Origin: Gammaproteobacteria bacterium
GTDB taxonomy: Bacteria > Pseudomonadota > Gammaproteobacteria > JBCCGL01
Direction: 5' to 3'
Length of the DNA stretch: 64,000 bases
Assembly: GCA_965277715.1 (NCBI GenBank)
Contig: OZ255836.1
Coordinates: 2,368,001 to 2,432,000, forward strand
Shown piece after piece: positions 20,956 to 31,607 of this stretch. Below the pieces are notes generated by a model. It was not told the DNA's origin and ran no database searches. It worked only from the letters and a program-made list of their open reading frames with translations. A program made the position numbers and the translations under genes. The first letter of the stretch is position 1. Each line of letters opens with the position of its first letter.

Positions 20956-22116
20956 ATGAATGAACTCAACCACTGGCTACGCTTAAAACACAGCAAAGGT
21001 ATTGGCGTAGCCAGCACCCGCAAACTGCTCGACAACTTCCCCGACCTGGGCACTGCATTGCGTGCCGGGCAGGCGGCATTGAGTGGCAGCGGTTTATCCA
21101 AAAATACCGTGGAGGCACTGCTCGGCGAAGCCGATACACAAGCCATTGAAAGGGATTTAACCTGGGCCTGCAAACCCGGCAACCATATCCTGCCGTTTAT
21201 CAGCCCCCGCTACCCGGCGCGGCTGCGCAGCATCAACGACGCCCCACTGGTACTGTATGTCACGGGTGATGTCGATGTACTGCACACCGCCCAACTGGCG
21301 ATGGTGGGCAGCCGCAACCCATCGCACACTGGCCTCAAAAACGCGCAGCAATTCGCCAAACACCTCGCCGCCAGCGGTATTACCATTACCAGCGGCCTGG
21401 CGATAGGTATCGATGCCGCCAGCCACGAAGGGGCGCTGCAAGGCAATGGTTTGACCATCGCGGTGGCCGGTACCGGGCTGGACCGCATCTACCCGGCAAA
21501 GCACCACGCGCTGGCCAGCCGCATCATTACCGAGGGCGCGATGGTATCTGAATTCCCGATTGGCACCACCGCACGGGCTGAGTACTTCCCCCGCCGCAAC
21601 CGCATTATCAGTGGTCTCAGCCTCGGTACACTGGTGGTCGAGGCGGCGGTGCGCAGCGGTTCATTGAGTACCGCAAAGCACGCGATGGAACAGGGGCGCG
21701 AAGTGTTTGCCATTCCCGGATCGATTCAAAACCCCATGGCACGCGGTTGCCACCAACTCATCAAACAAGGCGCCAAACTGGTTGAAGTCTCCGATGAAAT
21801 ATTCGAAGAACTGGCGCCCCATCTAACCGAGAGCCGACAGCGGTTGGCGGGGAGTGGTGACTTATTTGCCCCCGGCGGGAATGCCTATAACACCCCGGAT
21901 ACCGGCACCGACAACGGGCAATACAACCCCTCTCTCGATACCGTTGACCCAAGCTACCAGCAATTGCTCGACTGCATCGACTACGAACCACAAACCATCG
22001 ATACCCTGATTGAGCGCAGCGGGCTGGCCGCCGCTGAAGTGGCCTCAATGTTGCTAATGCTGGAACTGAACGGGCATATAAACCGCACCGATGGCAGTAA
22101 ATTTGTGCGTTGCTGA
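20956..22116 (+). CDS. dprA: DNA-processing protein DprA
   Basis: AMVGSRN, TSGLAIGID, FPRRNRIISG, GREVFAIPG. Confidence 0.96.
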   Translation: MNELNHWLRLKHSKGIGVASTRKLLDNFPDLGTALRAGQAALSGSGLSKNTVEALLGEADTQAIERDLTWACKPGNHILPFISPRYPARLRSINDAPLVLYVTGDVDVLHTAQLAMVGSRNPSHTGLKNAQQFAKHLAASGITITSGLAIGIDAASHEGALQGNGLTIAVAGTGLDRIYPAKHHALASRIITEGAMVSEFPIGTTARAEYFPRRNRIISGLSLGTLVVEAAVRSGSLSTAKHAMEQGREVFAIPGSIQNPMARGCHQLIKQGAKLVEVSDEIFEELAPHLTESRQRLAGSGDLFAPGGNAYNTPDTGTDNGQYNPSLDTVDPSYQQLLDCIDYEPQTIDTLIERSGLAAAEVASMLLMLELNGHINRTDGSKFVRC

Positions 22117-22250
22117 GTTGTTTCGATATAAAACAGGCATACAGCACTCGACGCGGGTACTGTTTTTATGAAGAATAGTCGGCTTGCTATCACTCTGGTA
22201 TCCCTTTATAAGCCATTGGGATTATCACCACGCTTACACACAAGGCACGC

Positions 22251-24752
22251 ATGAGTAAAAATCTGGTCATTGTTGAATCGCCCGCCAAAGGCAAAACCAT
22301 CGAGAAATACCTGGGCAGGGATTTCACCGTAATGGCATCGTATGGCCATGTGCGCGATTTGGTGCCCAAAGAGGGCGCGGTCGATACCGATAACGATTTC
22401 ACCATGAAATATCAGCTTATTGAGCGCAATGAGAAGCACGTCGACAGGATCGTACGCGCCCTCAAAAAAGCCAACTGCCTGATGCTGGCCACTGACCCGG
22501 ACCGCGAGGGGGAAGCCATATCCTGGCATTTGGTTGAATTACTGCGCGAGAAAAAACTGCTGGAGGGGAAAAAAGTCCAGCGCGTGGTGTTTCACGAAAT
22601 CACCAGACGCGCCGTGCAGGATGCCGTCGACACCCCGCGTGAACTGTCGCTGGACCTCATCAATGCCCAGCAGGCACGCCGTGCACTCGACTACCTGGTG
22701 GGCTTTAACCTTTCACCCCTGCTATGGAAAAAAATTCGCCGTGGCCTATCCGCCGGTCGGGTACAAAGCCCGGCACTGCGCATGATCGCCGAGCGCGAAG
22801 ACGAAATTGAAGCGTTTATTCCGCGTGAATACTGGAGTGTCGACGCCGATCTGCTGCGCGGGGCCTACTCGTTTCAGGCCAAGCTGCGCATCCTCAACGG
22901 CGAAAAAGTCAGCCAGTTCACCATCGAAAACAGCGACCACGCCACAGCCACCAAGCAGGCGCTGGAGACAGCGGCCAACGGCAAACTGACCGTCGCCGAA
23001 GTCACCAAAAAACAACGCAAACGCAACCCTTCGCCGCCGTTTACCACCTCTACACTGCAACAGGAAGCCGTGCGCAAGCTCGGTTTTTCTGCACAGCGCA
23101 CCATGCGCACTGCGCAACAGCTATACGAAGGCGTCGACACAGGCGAAGGTGACGGCCAGGTTGGCCTGATCACCTATATGCGTACCGACTCGGTGACCCT
23201 GGCGCAAGACGCCCTGGATGACATTCGCGCCCTGATTGCCAAACGCTACGGCAAAAACAGCCTGCCAGACAGCCCACGGGCGTTTAAAAACAAATCCAAA
23301 AACGCCCAGGAGGCGCACGAGGCCGTCCGCCCCACCTCGGCGATGCGCACCCCGGAAAAAATCCAGGCACAGCTAAGCCCCGACCAATACAAACTGTACA
23401 GCCTGATCTGGAAACGCACCATCGCCTGCCAAATGATCCACGCCACCATCGACCAGGTCGCTATCGATTTTGACTGCGGGAAAGACAACCAGTTTCGCAT
23501 CACCGGCTCCACCGTGCGCGACCCCGGCTTTATGAGCGTCTACCAGGAGGGGCAGGACGACAGCAAAAAAGACGACGAACAGCGCACCCTGCCACCGATG
23601 GAAAAGGGCGAACAGATCGACTTAAAAGAAATCATCATCGCCCAGCACTTCACCGAGCCGCCACCGCGCTATACCGAGGCCACCCTGGTAAAAACCCTGG
23701 AGGAATACGGTATTGGCCGACCCTCCACCTACGCCTCGATTATCTCCACCCTACAAGCGCGTGAATACGTTGAAATAGAACAGCGGCGCTTTACCCCGAC
23801 TGATGTTGGCCGCGTGGTCAACCGCTTTTTATCCAGGCACTTTACCCAATACGTCGACTACGACTTTACCGCCAAACTGGAAGACGAACTCGATTCGGTT
23901 TCCCGTGGTGAGCAGGATTGGGTGCCATTGATGCGCACCTTCTGGAACCCCTTCAAAACACTGGTTACCGACAAAGAGGAAAACGTCAGCCGTGACGAAG
24001 CGGTGCAGGCGCGTGAGCTGGGCACCGACCCCGCCAGCGGCAAGCCCGTCACCGTGCGCATTGGCCGCTATGGCCCGTTTGTACAGATCGGCACCCGCGA
24101 CGATGAAGAAAAACCCACCTTCGCCGGTTTGCGCCCAGGCCAGAAGATGGACAGCATTACCATGGAAGAGGCTATGGTGTTATTCCAATTGCCACGCGAG
24201 CTGGGCGTCTCCCCCGACGATGAAAAAATCTCTGCCAACATTGGCCGCTTTGGCCCCTACGTAAAATACGGCAGCAAATTTGCCTCACTCAAAGAGGATG
24301 ATCCCTACACCATTACATTTGAGCGCGCACTGGAAGTCGTCGCCGAGAAGAAAATTGCCGACGCAAATAAAATCGTCAAAGTGTTTCCCGGCACCGATGT
24401 GCAAATTCTCAATGGCCGCTGGGGCGCTTATATTACCAATGGCGATAAAAACGCCAGGCTCCCGCCTGAGCTAAAAGAAACACCCCAGGCAATCACCTTT
24501 GAGCAGGCCGGGAAACTGCTCGCCGAAGCACCGGAAAAGAAAGGGCGTGGCAAGAAAAAGGCGGCGGCCAAAAAGACAACAGCAAAGAAAACAGCCGCCA
24601 AGAAAACAGCCACGAAGAAAACCAGCAGTAAAAAGGTCGCTAGCAAGAAAAAAGCCGCGAGCAAAAAGAAAGCAACGGCCAAAAAGACCGCCAGTAAGAA
24701 AACCAGCAGTAAAAAAACAGCCGCAAAAAAAGTGGCCACCAGCAAACCCTAG
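22251..24752 (+). CDS. topA: DNA topoisomerase I with Lys/Ala-rich C-terminal tail
   Basis: LVIVESPAK, ATDPDREGEAI, SAGRVQS, LITYMRTDS, GRYGP repeats. Confidence 0.97.
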   Translation: MSKNLVIVESPAKGKTIEKYLGRDFTVMASYGHVRDLVPKEGAVDTDNDFTMKYQLIERNEKHVDRIVRALKKANCLMLATDPDREGEAISWHLVELLREKKLLEGKKVQRVVFHEITRRAVQDAVDTPRELSLDLINAQQARRALDYLVGFNLSPLLWKKIRRGLSAGRVQSPALRMIAEREDEIEAFIPREYWSVDADLLRGAYSFQAKLRILNGEKVSQFTIENSDHATATKQALETAANGKLTVAEVTKKQRKRNPSPPFTTSTLQQEAVRKLGFSAQRTMRTAQQLYEGVDTGEGDGQVGLITYMRTDSVTLAQDALDDIRALIAKRYGKNSLPDSPRAFKNKSKNAQEAHEAVRPTSAMRTPEKIQAQLSPDQYKLYSLIWKRTIACQMIHATIDQVAIDFDCGKDNQFRITGSTVRDPGFMSVYQEGQDDSKKDDEQRTLPPMEKGEQIDLKEIIIAQHFTEPPPRYTEATLVKTLEEYGIGRPSTYASIISTLQAREYVEIEQRRFTPTDVGRVVNRFLSRHFTQYVDYDFTAKLEDELDSVSRGEQDWVPLMRTFWNPFKTLVTDKEENVSRDEAVQARELGTDPASGKPVTVRIGRYGPFVQIGTRDDEEKPTFAGLRPGQKMDSITMEEAMVLFQLPRELGVSPDDEKISANIGRFGPYVKYGSKFASLKEDDPYTITFERALEVVAEKKIADANKIVKVFPGTDVQILNGRWGAYITNGDKNARLPPELKETPQAITFEQAGKLLAEAPEKKGRGKKKAAAKKTTAKKTAAKKTATKKTSSKKVASKKKAASKKKATAKKTASKKTSSKKTAAKKVATSKP

Positions 24753-24755
24753 CCA

Positions 24756-25307
24756 GTGCCGTCCCCCGACCTTCAACAGGCCGTCGAAAGCCTGCGCGCA
24801 GGCGGCATAATTGCCTACCCCACCGAAGCGGTTTACGGTTTGGGGTGTGACCCGCACAACGAGGCGGCGCTGCAAAAACTGTTGTCGTTAAAACAGCGTG
24901 ACGACGGCAAAGGCGTGATTATCATCGCCGTCGACTACCGCCAATTGGCCGGTTTTATTGCACCGCACACCGGGGCGTTACAGCAGCGTCTGTCGACGCC
25001 TGCGGCAACCCCCACCACCTGGGTGGTAGAGGCCGCAGCCACCCTTTCACCGCACCTCACTGGTGGGCGCACAACGATTGCCGTGCGCATCACTGACCAC
25101 CCTGTCGCTGCGGCTATTTGCCGTTTATTTGCCGGGCCTATTACCTCCACCAGTGCCAATCTGTCCGGTTCTCCACCGGCTAAATCTGCACAGGCCGTTC
25201 GCCAGCAGTTTCCACAGGGTATCGACACATTCATCGATGCGCCTGTGGGCACATTAAGCCAGCCGACACAGATTATCGATGCGCACAGCGGAGCGCGGTT
25301 GCGCTGA
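24756..25307 (+). CDS. tsaC: Threonylcarbamoyl-AMP synthase
   Basis: AYPTEAVYGLGCDP, K.R...KG, STSAN. Confidence 0.92.
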   Translation: MPSPDLQQAVESLRAGGIIAYPTEAVYGLGCDPHNEAALQKLLSLKQRDDGKGVIIIAVDYRQLAGFIAPHTGALQQRLSTPAATPTTWVVEAAATLSPHLTGGRTTIAVRITDHPVAAAICRLFAGPITSTSANLSGSPPAKSAQAVRQQFPQGIDTFIDAPVGTLSQPTQIIDAHSGARLR

Positions 25308-25322
25308 AGCAACCACACCGGG

Positions 25323-26246
25323 ATGACCATGCAAGCCAATACCACACCCAATATCGACGCAATAGCCGGTTACCTGCAACAACTGCAGGATACGATCTCG
25401 AACAGTTTGCAAACCTATGAAACCCAGCACCGCTTCCATGAAGATAACTGGACGCGTGACGCGGGGGGTGGGGGTCGCAGCCGGGTGCTCACGGGCGGCG
25501 AGGTTTTTGAGCAGGCGGGTATTAACTTTTCACACGTGTCTGGCGCGGCGTTGCCCGCCTCGGCCAGCGCGCACCGCCAGTCGCTGGCGGGGCGCAGTTT
25601 TCAGGCCTTGGGGGTTTCTCTGGTGGTGCACCCACGCAATCCCTATGCGCCAACATCGCACTTTAACGTTCGTTTCTTCATTGCAGAAAAGCCGGGCAGC
25701 GAGCCGATATGGTGGTTTGGTGGTGGTTTTGATTTAACCCCGTATTATGGTTTTGATGAGGACTGTGTGCATTGGCACAGTACGGCACGCGATGCCTGCG
25801 CCCCGTTTGGTGACGAGGTTTATCCACGCTATAAAAAGTGGTGTGATGATTATTTTTACCTGAAGCACCGCCAGGAGCCACGGGGTATTGGTGGTTTGTT
25901 TTTTGATGATCTCGATGCGGGCGGATTTGATCGCTGTTTTGATTTTATGCAATGCATTGGCAATCATTATTTACCCGCTTATCTGCCTATATTGGCGCGC
26001 CGCTATAATACGGCTTTTACCGAGCGCGAGCGCGATTGGCAGCTATACCGGCGGGGGCGGTATGTTGAATTTAATCTGGTTTATGATCGCGGTACGCTGT
26101 TTGGTTTGCAGTCCGGGGGACGCACTGAGTCGATATTGATGTCGTTGCCTCCGCTGGTTAAATGGGAATATGGTTATCAGCCACGGGCTGGTGGTGATGA
26201 GGCGCGGTTGTGTAGTGATTATTTGTGTGGTCGGGAGTGGGTTTAG
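25323..26246 (+). CDS. hemF: Oxygen-dependent coproporphyrinogen III oxidase
   Basis: [42 protein letters not shown]. Confidence 0.97.
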   Translation: MTMQANTTPNIDAIAGYLQQLQDTISNSLQTYETQHRFHEDNWTRDAGGGGRSRVLTGGEVFEQAGINFSHVSGAALPASASAHRQSLAGRSFQALGVSLVVHPRNPYAPTSHFNVRFFIAEKPGSEPIWWFGGGFDLTPYYGFDEDCVHWHSTARDACAPFGDEVYPRYKKWCDDYFYLKHRQEPRGIGGLFFDDLDAGGFDRCFDFMQCIGNHYLPAYLPILARRYNTAFTERERDWQLYRRGRYVEFNLVYDRGTLFGLQSGGRTESILMSLPPLVKWEYGYQPRAGGDEARLCSDYLCGREWV

Positions 26247-26308
26247 TTTAGGGTTAATTTGGTATGTCGTGGGTTTTGGGAGTTTATAGGTTTCGCTCGC
26301 GATGCCTG

Positions 26309-26448
26309 GAAACCTGCACGAAATAATTTCCACTTTTATCATGTTGTTTAAATAATGCGCCGTGTGTTAATAACACGTTCAACCAACTCAGATATAAAGT
26401 AAATCGGTGCATTTACGAATCCCGGAATTTATTTCGTGCGCGTTCCCT
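26309..26448. repeat. MITE-like family B copy
   Basis: TGCACGAAATAA...TTATTTCGTGCGCGTTCC inverted ends; interior shared with the 3817 and 8483 copies. Confidence 0.7.
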
Positions 26449-26565
26449 GGCTTCTTTCTCACCGCAGATGAGTGCGGTACAGACCGTAAGCATACCGTGC
26501 TAATCAATACAGGCGTTCGCCAACTTTTTTTGTGAAAAGTAGACTGACGCCCCCAGGCTAAAATC

Positions 26566-27531
26566 TCACTTGTTGGCAATCCCTTCTGCCAGTAGGCAAA
26601 GAATTTCAAACATCATTGTCACGGCTACCAATGCTGTATTGCCAGATGGATCAAACGGTGGCGATACTTCAACAACGTCACCACCGACTAAATTAAGCCC
26701 GCGTAGCCCGCGCAGCATTTTCTGTGCATCGTAGGTGGTGAGGCCGCCAATTTCCGGCGTGCCTGTGCCAGGGGCGTAAACCGGATCGAGTGCATCGACA
26801 TCAAAGCTGACGTAGGTCTTACCATCGCCAACCACCCGCCGCGCCTCGGCGATAACGGCGTCTATACCAAGGTCGTTGTATTCTTCAATTTCAATCACGC
26901 GGATGCCCTGTGCCAACCCCCATTCCTTGTCAGAATCTGAATACAGCGCACCCCGGATACCAATTTGCACCGTGCGTTTAGGGTCGAGTAGGCCCTCTTC
27001 AATAGCGCGCCGAAACGGTGTGCCGTGGGTGTATTTTGAATCGCCGAAATACCTGTCCCAAGTGTCGGTATGGGCATCGAAATGCACCATCCCGACCGCT
27101 TCGTCGGCACACAGCGCACGCATTACCGGCAGTGAAATCAAGTGATCCCCCCCCACAGTTAACGGCACAATCCCCTTTGCAATCACCTCACGATAAAATG
27201 CCTCAACGCGGCTGAGCGTATCGTCAATATCGATGGGATTAACCGGCGAATCCCCCAAGTCAGCGCAATTGCACAAATGAAATGGCTTAATCCCCGTGAC
27301 GTGATGGACATTGCGCGCCATCGTCGATAAATCGCGAATCTGGCGTGGCCCGTGCCGCGCCCCTGCACGGTTAGTAGTACCGCCATCCCAGGGGACACCA
27401 ATCAAGCCAATATCCACCTCACCCGCTTCCTCTACGGCAAGGTGTGGCAAGCGCATAAACGTGGCAATGCCCGCAAAACGTGGCAGGATATCGCCAGAAG
27501 TGGGCTTATATGAACGCGTACTGGTTGTCAT
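26566..27531 (-). CDS. speB: Agmatinase/ureohydrolase family protein
   Basis: GGDH, HFDAHTD, HGTPF, SFDVDALDP, APGTGTP; exact substrate uncertain. Confidence 0.85.
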   Translation of the reverse strand: MTTSTRSYKPTSGDILPRFAGIATFMRLPHLAVEEAGEVDIGLIGVPWDGGTTNRAGARHGPRQIRDLSTMARNVHHVTGIKPFHLCNCADLGDSPVNPIDIDDTLSRVEAFYREVIAKGIVPLTVGGDHLISLPVMRALCADEAVGMVHFDAHTDTWDRYFGDSKYTHGTPFRRAIEEGLLDPKRTVQIGIRGALYSDSDKEWGLAQGIRVIEIEEYNDLGIDAVIAEARRVVGDGKTYVSFDVDALDPVYAPGTGTPEIGGLTTYDAQKMLRGLRGLNLVGGDVVEVSPPFDPSGNTALVAVTMMFEILCLLAEGIANK

Positions 27532-27684
27532 GTGTGCTACCTATATTGTCGGAGTAATACCGCCGTCTTTATAACGGAGTTACCAGCACCTGACAACACA
27601 GAATACTTATAGGTTTATATTAAAAACCAATACACCAAAGGCAAGACCCACACGACCAGTAATTAACAATCAGCAATCGACTAA

Positions 27685-27715
27685 ATTGTTCCAGAAATCC
27701 TTTTTCTGGAACAAT
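27685..27715. terminator. Hairpin downstream of catalase, probable terminator
   Basis: ATTGTTCCAGAAA-N5-TTTCTGGAACAAT perfect stem. Confidence 0.6.
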
Positions 27716-27759
27716 GATTGGCCAATACATCAGCCACCCTGTATTTACTTATGCGCAAG

Positions 27760-29226
27760 TCAATCCACAGAGCCTAACATCGCCTTTTCCACCCGCGCAG
27801 CATAATCCACATCCGCAGCGTGTAAAAATCCCAACATACGCCGCTGCGCAGACTCAGACGCCTGACGTAAACCACCGGCAATATTCTGCGCAAGCTGGTC
27901 TTTTTGCCCCTCATTCATCACACGGTACAAATCACCCGCCTGACTGAAATTATCCTCGTCCCGGCTGTCGTGCGCCTTAATCCACGCCTGTTCCAGAACC
28001 GGCATAGGCGGCTCTGCCACCTGCGGTTGTGGCACAGCCGCGCCATCGTCAGCACGATCATTCGGGTAATAATTAACCCCACCACCCTGGTTATTGCTGC
28101 CGCCAAAAGCCGCTGGCATACCGGCCATAGCCCCGTCACGCTGGTAGTGATTCACCGGGCAGCGCGGCGCATTCACCGGCAACTGATTAACATTGGCACC
28201 CACCCGGTAGCGGTGTGCATCCTGATAAGCCAATAACCTCGCCTGCAGCATCTTATCGGGTGATGCACCGATTCCCGGCACCAGATTGTTAGGCGCAAAC
28301 GCCGACTGCTCGGTTTCGGCAAAGTAATTTTCCACATTGCGATTCAATTCCAACTGACCCACCTCGATCAGCGGGTAATCGCTGTGCGGCCATACTTTGG
28401 TCAAATCAAATGGATTAATCGCGTAATCCCGAGCCTGTGCTTCGGTCATAATTTGCAGCTTCACACTCCAGCTTGGGCAATCCCCCCGCGCTATCGACTC
28501 GACCAAATCCTGTTGCGCACCAAACGCGGGCAAAGCAGCGGCTTCGTCGTCGGTCAGGGTTTTAATCCCCTGATTGGTTTTCAAATGCCACTTGACCCAA
28601 AAGCGTTCGCCGTTGGCATTCCAAAAACTCAAGGTATGTGAACCATAACCGTTCATATGCCGCAAAGAAGCGGGAATCCCCCGGTCAGACATCAGGATAG
28701 TCATCTGATGCAGTGACTGTGGGCTATTGGCCCAAAATTCATACACCGCTGCCGCATCCGGCAGGTTGGTCTGGGGGTTCTTTTTCTGCGAGTGAATAAA
28801 ATCCGGGAACTTGATTGGATCGCGCAGGAAAAACACCGGGGTATTATTCCCCACCAGGTCAAAATTCCCCTGTTGCGTGTAAAACTTAACCGCAAAACCA
28901 CGCGGATCACGGGCGTAATCGCTCGAATCCTGGCCACCCCCCACAGTCGAAAACCGCACAAACACCTCGGTTTGCTGGCCGACCGTTTGCAAAAAATCAG
29001 CGATGCTGTAGTCACTCAATGATTGGCTTAGCGTGAAGGTTCCATAGGCTCCATTGCCGCGTGCATGCACCACCCGTTCGGGGATGCGCTCACGGTTAAA
29101 GTGCGCCAGCTTTTCAAATAATTGATGGTTATTAAACGTGAGCGGGCCACGCTCACCGACGGAAACACTGTTGTCATCGTCGGCGATGGGGGCGCCGGTA
29201 GACGTGGTTAGGATAGTATTGCTCAT
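27760..29226 (-). CDS. katA: Monofunctional heme catalase
   Basis: FNRERIPERVVHARG, RFSTV, VGNNTPVFF, RLLAYQDAHRYR. Confidence 0.93.
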   Translation of the reverse strand: MSNTILTTSTGAPIADDDNSVSVGERGPLTFNNHQLFEKLAHFNRERIPERVVHARGNGAYGTFTLSQSLSDYSIADFLQTVGQQTEVFVRFSTVGGGQDSSDYARDPRGFAVKFYTQQGNFDLVGNNTPVFFLRDPIKFPDFIHSQKKNPQTNLPDAAAVYEFWANSPQSLHQMTILMSDRGIPASLRHMNGYGSHTLSFWNANGERFWVKWHLKTNQGIKTLTDDEAAALPAFGAQQDLVESIARGDCPSWSVKLQIMTEAQARDYAINPFDLTKVWPHSDYPLIEVGQLELNRNVENYFAETEQSAFAPNNLVPGIGASPDKMLQARLLAYQDAHRYRVGANVNQLPVNAPRCPVNHYQRDGAMAGMPAAFGGSNNQGGGVNYYPNDRADDGAAVPQPQVAEPPMPVLEQAWIKAHDSRDEDNFSQAGDLYRVMNEGQKDQLAQNIAGGLRQASESAQRRMLGFLHAADVDYAARVEKAMLGSVD

Positions 29227-29304
29227 ATCGATAACTTCCTCAGGTGGTTAGTGGGTATTCTTACGGATTAACCGTATGCAGATTATCTTATACAACAATG
29301 ATCA

Positions 29305-29345
29305 ATAGTTAAAAAGGATTGTTTGTATCATAACAATCTACTAAA
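29305..29345. promoter_or_regulatory. Possible OxyR-type site upstream of catalase
   Basis: ATAG-N7-GGAT-N7-ATCA-N7-CTAC spacing resembles the OxyR tetramer consensus; degenerate. Confidence 0.3.
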
Positions 29346-29427
29346 TAGATTGATTTGTGCTATCAACAAAGCCTCTATAGAACATTTATATCGTCACATG
29401 CAAACAATTAACGCGAATAATTTAGCA

Positions 29428-29955
29428 TTAATGGGTATGGGTGTGTTTACCGGTACTGTAGCCACGCAGCTTGTCGTATAGCTTGACCTGGTGTTGCGTC
29501 AGTATTTTTACCTGAGATAGATGGGTGCTGAGGTGAACATACCTTATCCTCGCCTCCAGTTGGCTGATGGTAGTGAGCTGGGATTCCAACAACGCCTCAC
29601 TAACAGATTGGTTGGCAAATAGCCTGTCCAGGATGCGCTCTTGCTCAATAAGCGCATTTCCCAGCTTAACCGCCCGGTTTTTCATTGACTGGAAGAGTAA
29701 CTCCGTAGCGCTGAGCTGCTTATCCGTTAACGCAAGCTCGCTGGCCAGGTCGAGCACATGCCGTGGCCCTGGATAATGATTTAACTCCGCCGCTTTGGCG
29801 TATCCCATTCCTTGCCCACTTTGAAGCCCTTCAATTTGCTCTCTTGTGAGTGATTTTATCGCCTGGTTTTCCTCGCCGATATAGGGCGACACCTGCGCCG
29901 CAGAAGCCGTGGCCATCACGCCGATAATCGATAGAAATAATAGTATCTGTTTCAC
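29428..29955 (-). CDS. Secreted helical protein, Spy/CpxP-like or heavy-metal sensor-like
   Basis: Signal peptide; SPY, G.GMG.AKAAELNHYPGP.HVL, LT..Q motifs; His tail. Confidence 0.7.
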   Translation of the reverse strand: MKQILLFLSIIGVMATASAAQVSPYIGEENQAIKSLTREQIEGLQSGQGMGYAKAAELNHYPGPRHVLDLASELALTDKQLSATELLFQSMKNRAVKLGNALIEQERILDRLFANQSVSEALLESQLTTISQLEARIRYVHLSTHLSQVKILTQHQVKLYDKLRGYSTGKHTHTH

Positions 29956-29992
29956 TGTGTATGCTCTGTTGAGTGTGTATTCTTTGGCGCAG

Positions 29993-30451
29993 TTAATGGC
30001 AGGCTTTACCCCATTTTTTTAACCGCCAGTAGTTATACGGCCACGGCGCAACAAAGCCCGCCACCAGCATTAATGGAATGGCCCACCACGTCAGTAAAGC
30101 CCCCCCGGTAAGCACCCAGTCAGTAATATTCATGGCACTCTCCATGCCGATCATCGAGATGAGGCTCATCCCCATCGCCGTTTTCAACGCTAACCCCAAT
30201 GTCATTCCCACACGGAACAGGATAATCGTTTCCAGCAAAATACTGGTCACCAGCCCGTTGATAATGGCCAGCAGCATAATCGCCAGCGTTGGCCAGGGAA
30301 TCTGGGTAAATTGGAAAAAGGCAATAGTGCCGAAATCGCCAATTGAACAACCAATCAGGCACCACATCGTATTTCGTGCACTGGCACGCCAGGTATGTTT
30401 GCACCGCCAAAAGTGGCGGTTGTCTATTAGAGGTTTTACTGCTTCAGTCAT
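29993..30451 (-). CDS. DUF4396 membrane protein
   Basis: T.WCLIGCSIGDF, MSLISM..ME, P.PYNYW. Confidence 0.8.
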   Translation of the reverse strand: MTEAVKPLIDNRHFWRCKHTWRASARNTMWCLIGCSIGDFGTIAFFQFTQIPWPTLAIMLLAIINGLVTSILLETIILFRVGMTLGLALKTAMGMSLISMIGMESAMNITDWVLTGGALLTWWAIPLMLVAGFVAPWPYNYWRLKKWGKACH

Positions 30452-30845
30452 GGGTGGTCTGGTTAGTACACTATCTACATTATATTGTCGGGTTCAGCGC
30501 AACAAATTCATTTTACACGAAGGGTTATCCCACAAGCGTACCAGAACTGCGTTGTTTTTACTCACCATAGCACCACTATGATTGCGCAAAAACGCCTTGC
30601 TCTACCACGCTTGTGGGCCAACTGAACCTGTCAATAGAAGGTAGACGGTGTACTAGCTTATAGAGGATCAGCATAAGCCCTTTACCGATGGGAATGTCAA
30701 GAAAGCGTGCCAGGTGGTTTATCGTTTCTGTCTTAATATCTTATTCATCAGGTAGCCAGTCGAATGAAAGGGATAGACTCTTTCATTCACAATACACATC
30801 CAGGCCGGTTTTCGATAGCCAGTATCTACTGGCTATTAACGATAA

Positions 30846-30869
30846 TGTGTATATACTTTCATATACACA
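30846..30869. promoter_or_regulatory. Inverted repeat, likely VapBC operator
   Basis: TGTGTATAT-N6-ATATACACA directly upstream of vapB. Confidence 0.6.
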
Positions 30870-30888
30870 AAAAACACACCAAGCCTTA

Positions 30889-31125
30889 ATGCAAAATACT
30901 ACTGCAAAAGTCTTCAACAGCGGCAATAGTCAGGCTGTTCGCCTACCTAAGGCATTTCGGCTGGATACCGACGAGGTATTTATCCGCAAAGTGGGCAATC
31001 AATTGATCTTGACACCCAAAAAGGACTGTTGGCAGGGCTTTACCGATGGCTTTACTGGTTTCAGTGAAGATTTTTCCACCTATGCAGAATTACCCGAAGA
31101 TACGCCCCGGAGGCGTTTCGATTGA
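30889..31125 (+). CDS. vapB: VapB antitoxin (AbrB fold)
   Basis: TAKVFNSGNSQAVRLPKAFR. Confidence 0.92.
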   Translation: MQNTTAKVFNSGNSQAVRLPKAFRLDTDEVFIRKVGNQLILTPKKDCWQGFTDGFTGFSEDFSTYAELPEDTPRRRFD

Positions 31126-31532
31126 TCCGTTATATGCTGGATACCAACGCCTGTATTGGTGTCATTAACGGCGCGATTCCATCATTACGCAAACGATTAC
31201 TCAATCACCGCCCCAGTGACCTTAGCATTTCTCAAATTGTATATTTCGAACTGGAATTTGGCATCTGTCGATCAAAACAGCCTCAACGCAACCGGCAAAA
31301 TCTGATTCATTTTCTACAGTATCTGCAAATAGCGAACTGGTCAGATACACAATCGCGGGAAGCTGCGGCAATACGTTGCGAGCTGGCGGAAAAAGGCACG
31401 CCTATAGGACACTACGATACCCTTATCGCAGCGCATGCACGCTCATTAAACACAGTATTGGTTACACACAATGTTCCTGAGTTTTCCAGAGTTGAAGGCC
31501 TGGCACTGGAAGACTGGGAAATCGGTGGCTAA
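31122..31532 (+). CDS. vapC: VapC PIN-domain toxin
   Basis: YMLDTN, EL.FG, PIG.YD.LIAAHA, LVTHN..EF.RV. Confidence 0.93.
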   Translation: MIRYMLDTNACIGVINGAIPSLRKRLLNHRPSDLSISQIVYFELEFGICRSKQPQRNRQNLIHFLQYLQIANWSDTQSREAAAIRCELAEKGTPIGHYDTLIAAHARSLNTVLVTHNVPEFSRVEGLALEDWEIGG

Positions 31533-31607
31533 TCAAACGCTGCTCTACCGGATCAACCCCATAAGCTCCATTAGGCAACCAGGTCCGTACGGCACAATAA
31601 TCAGGTA

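Noticed and set aside
24428-24875. Hydrophobic minus-strand ORFs
   Set aside because: Antisense shadows of the Lys-rich topA tail
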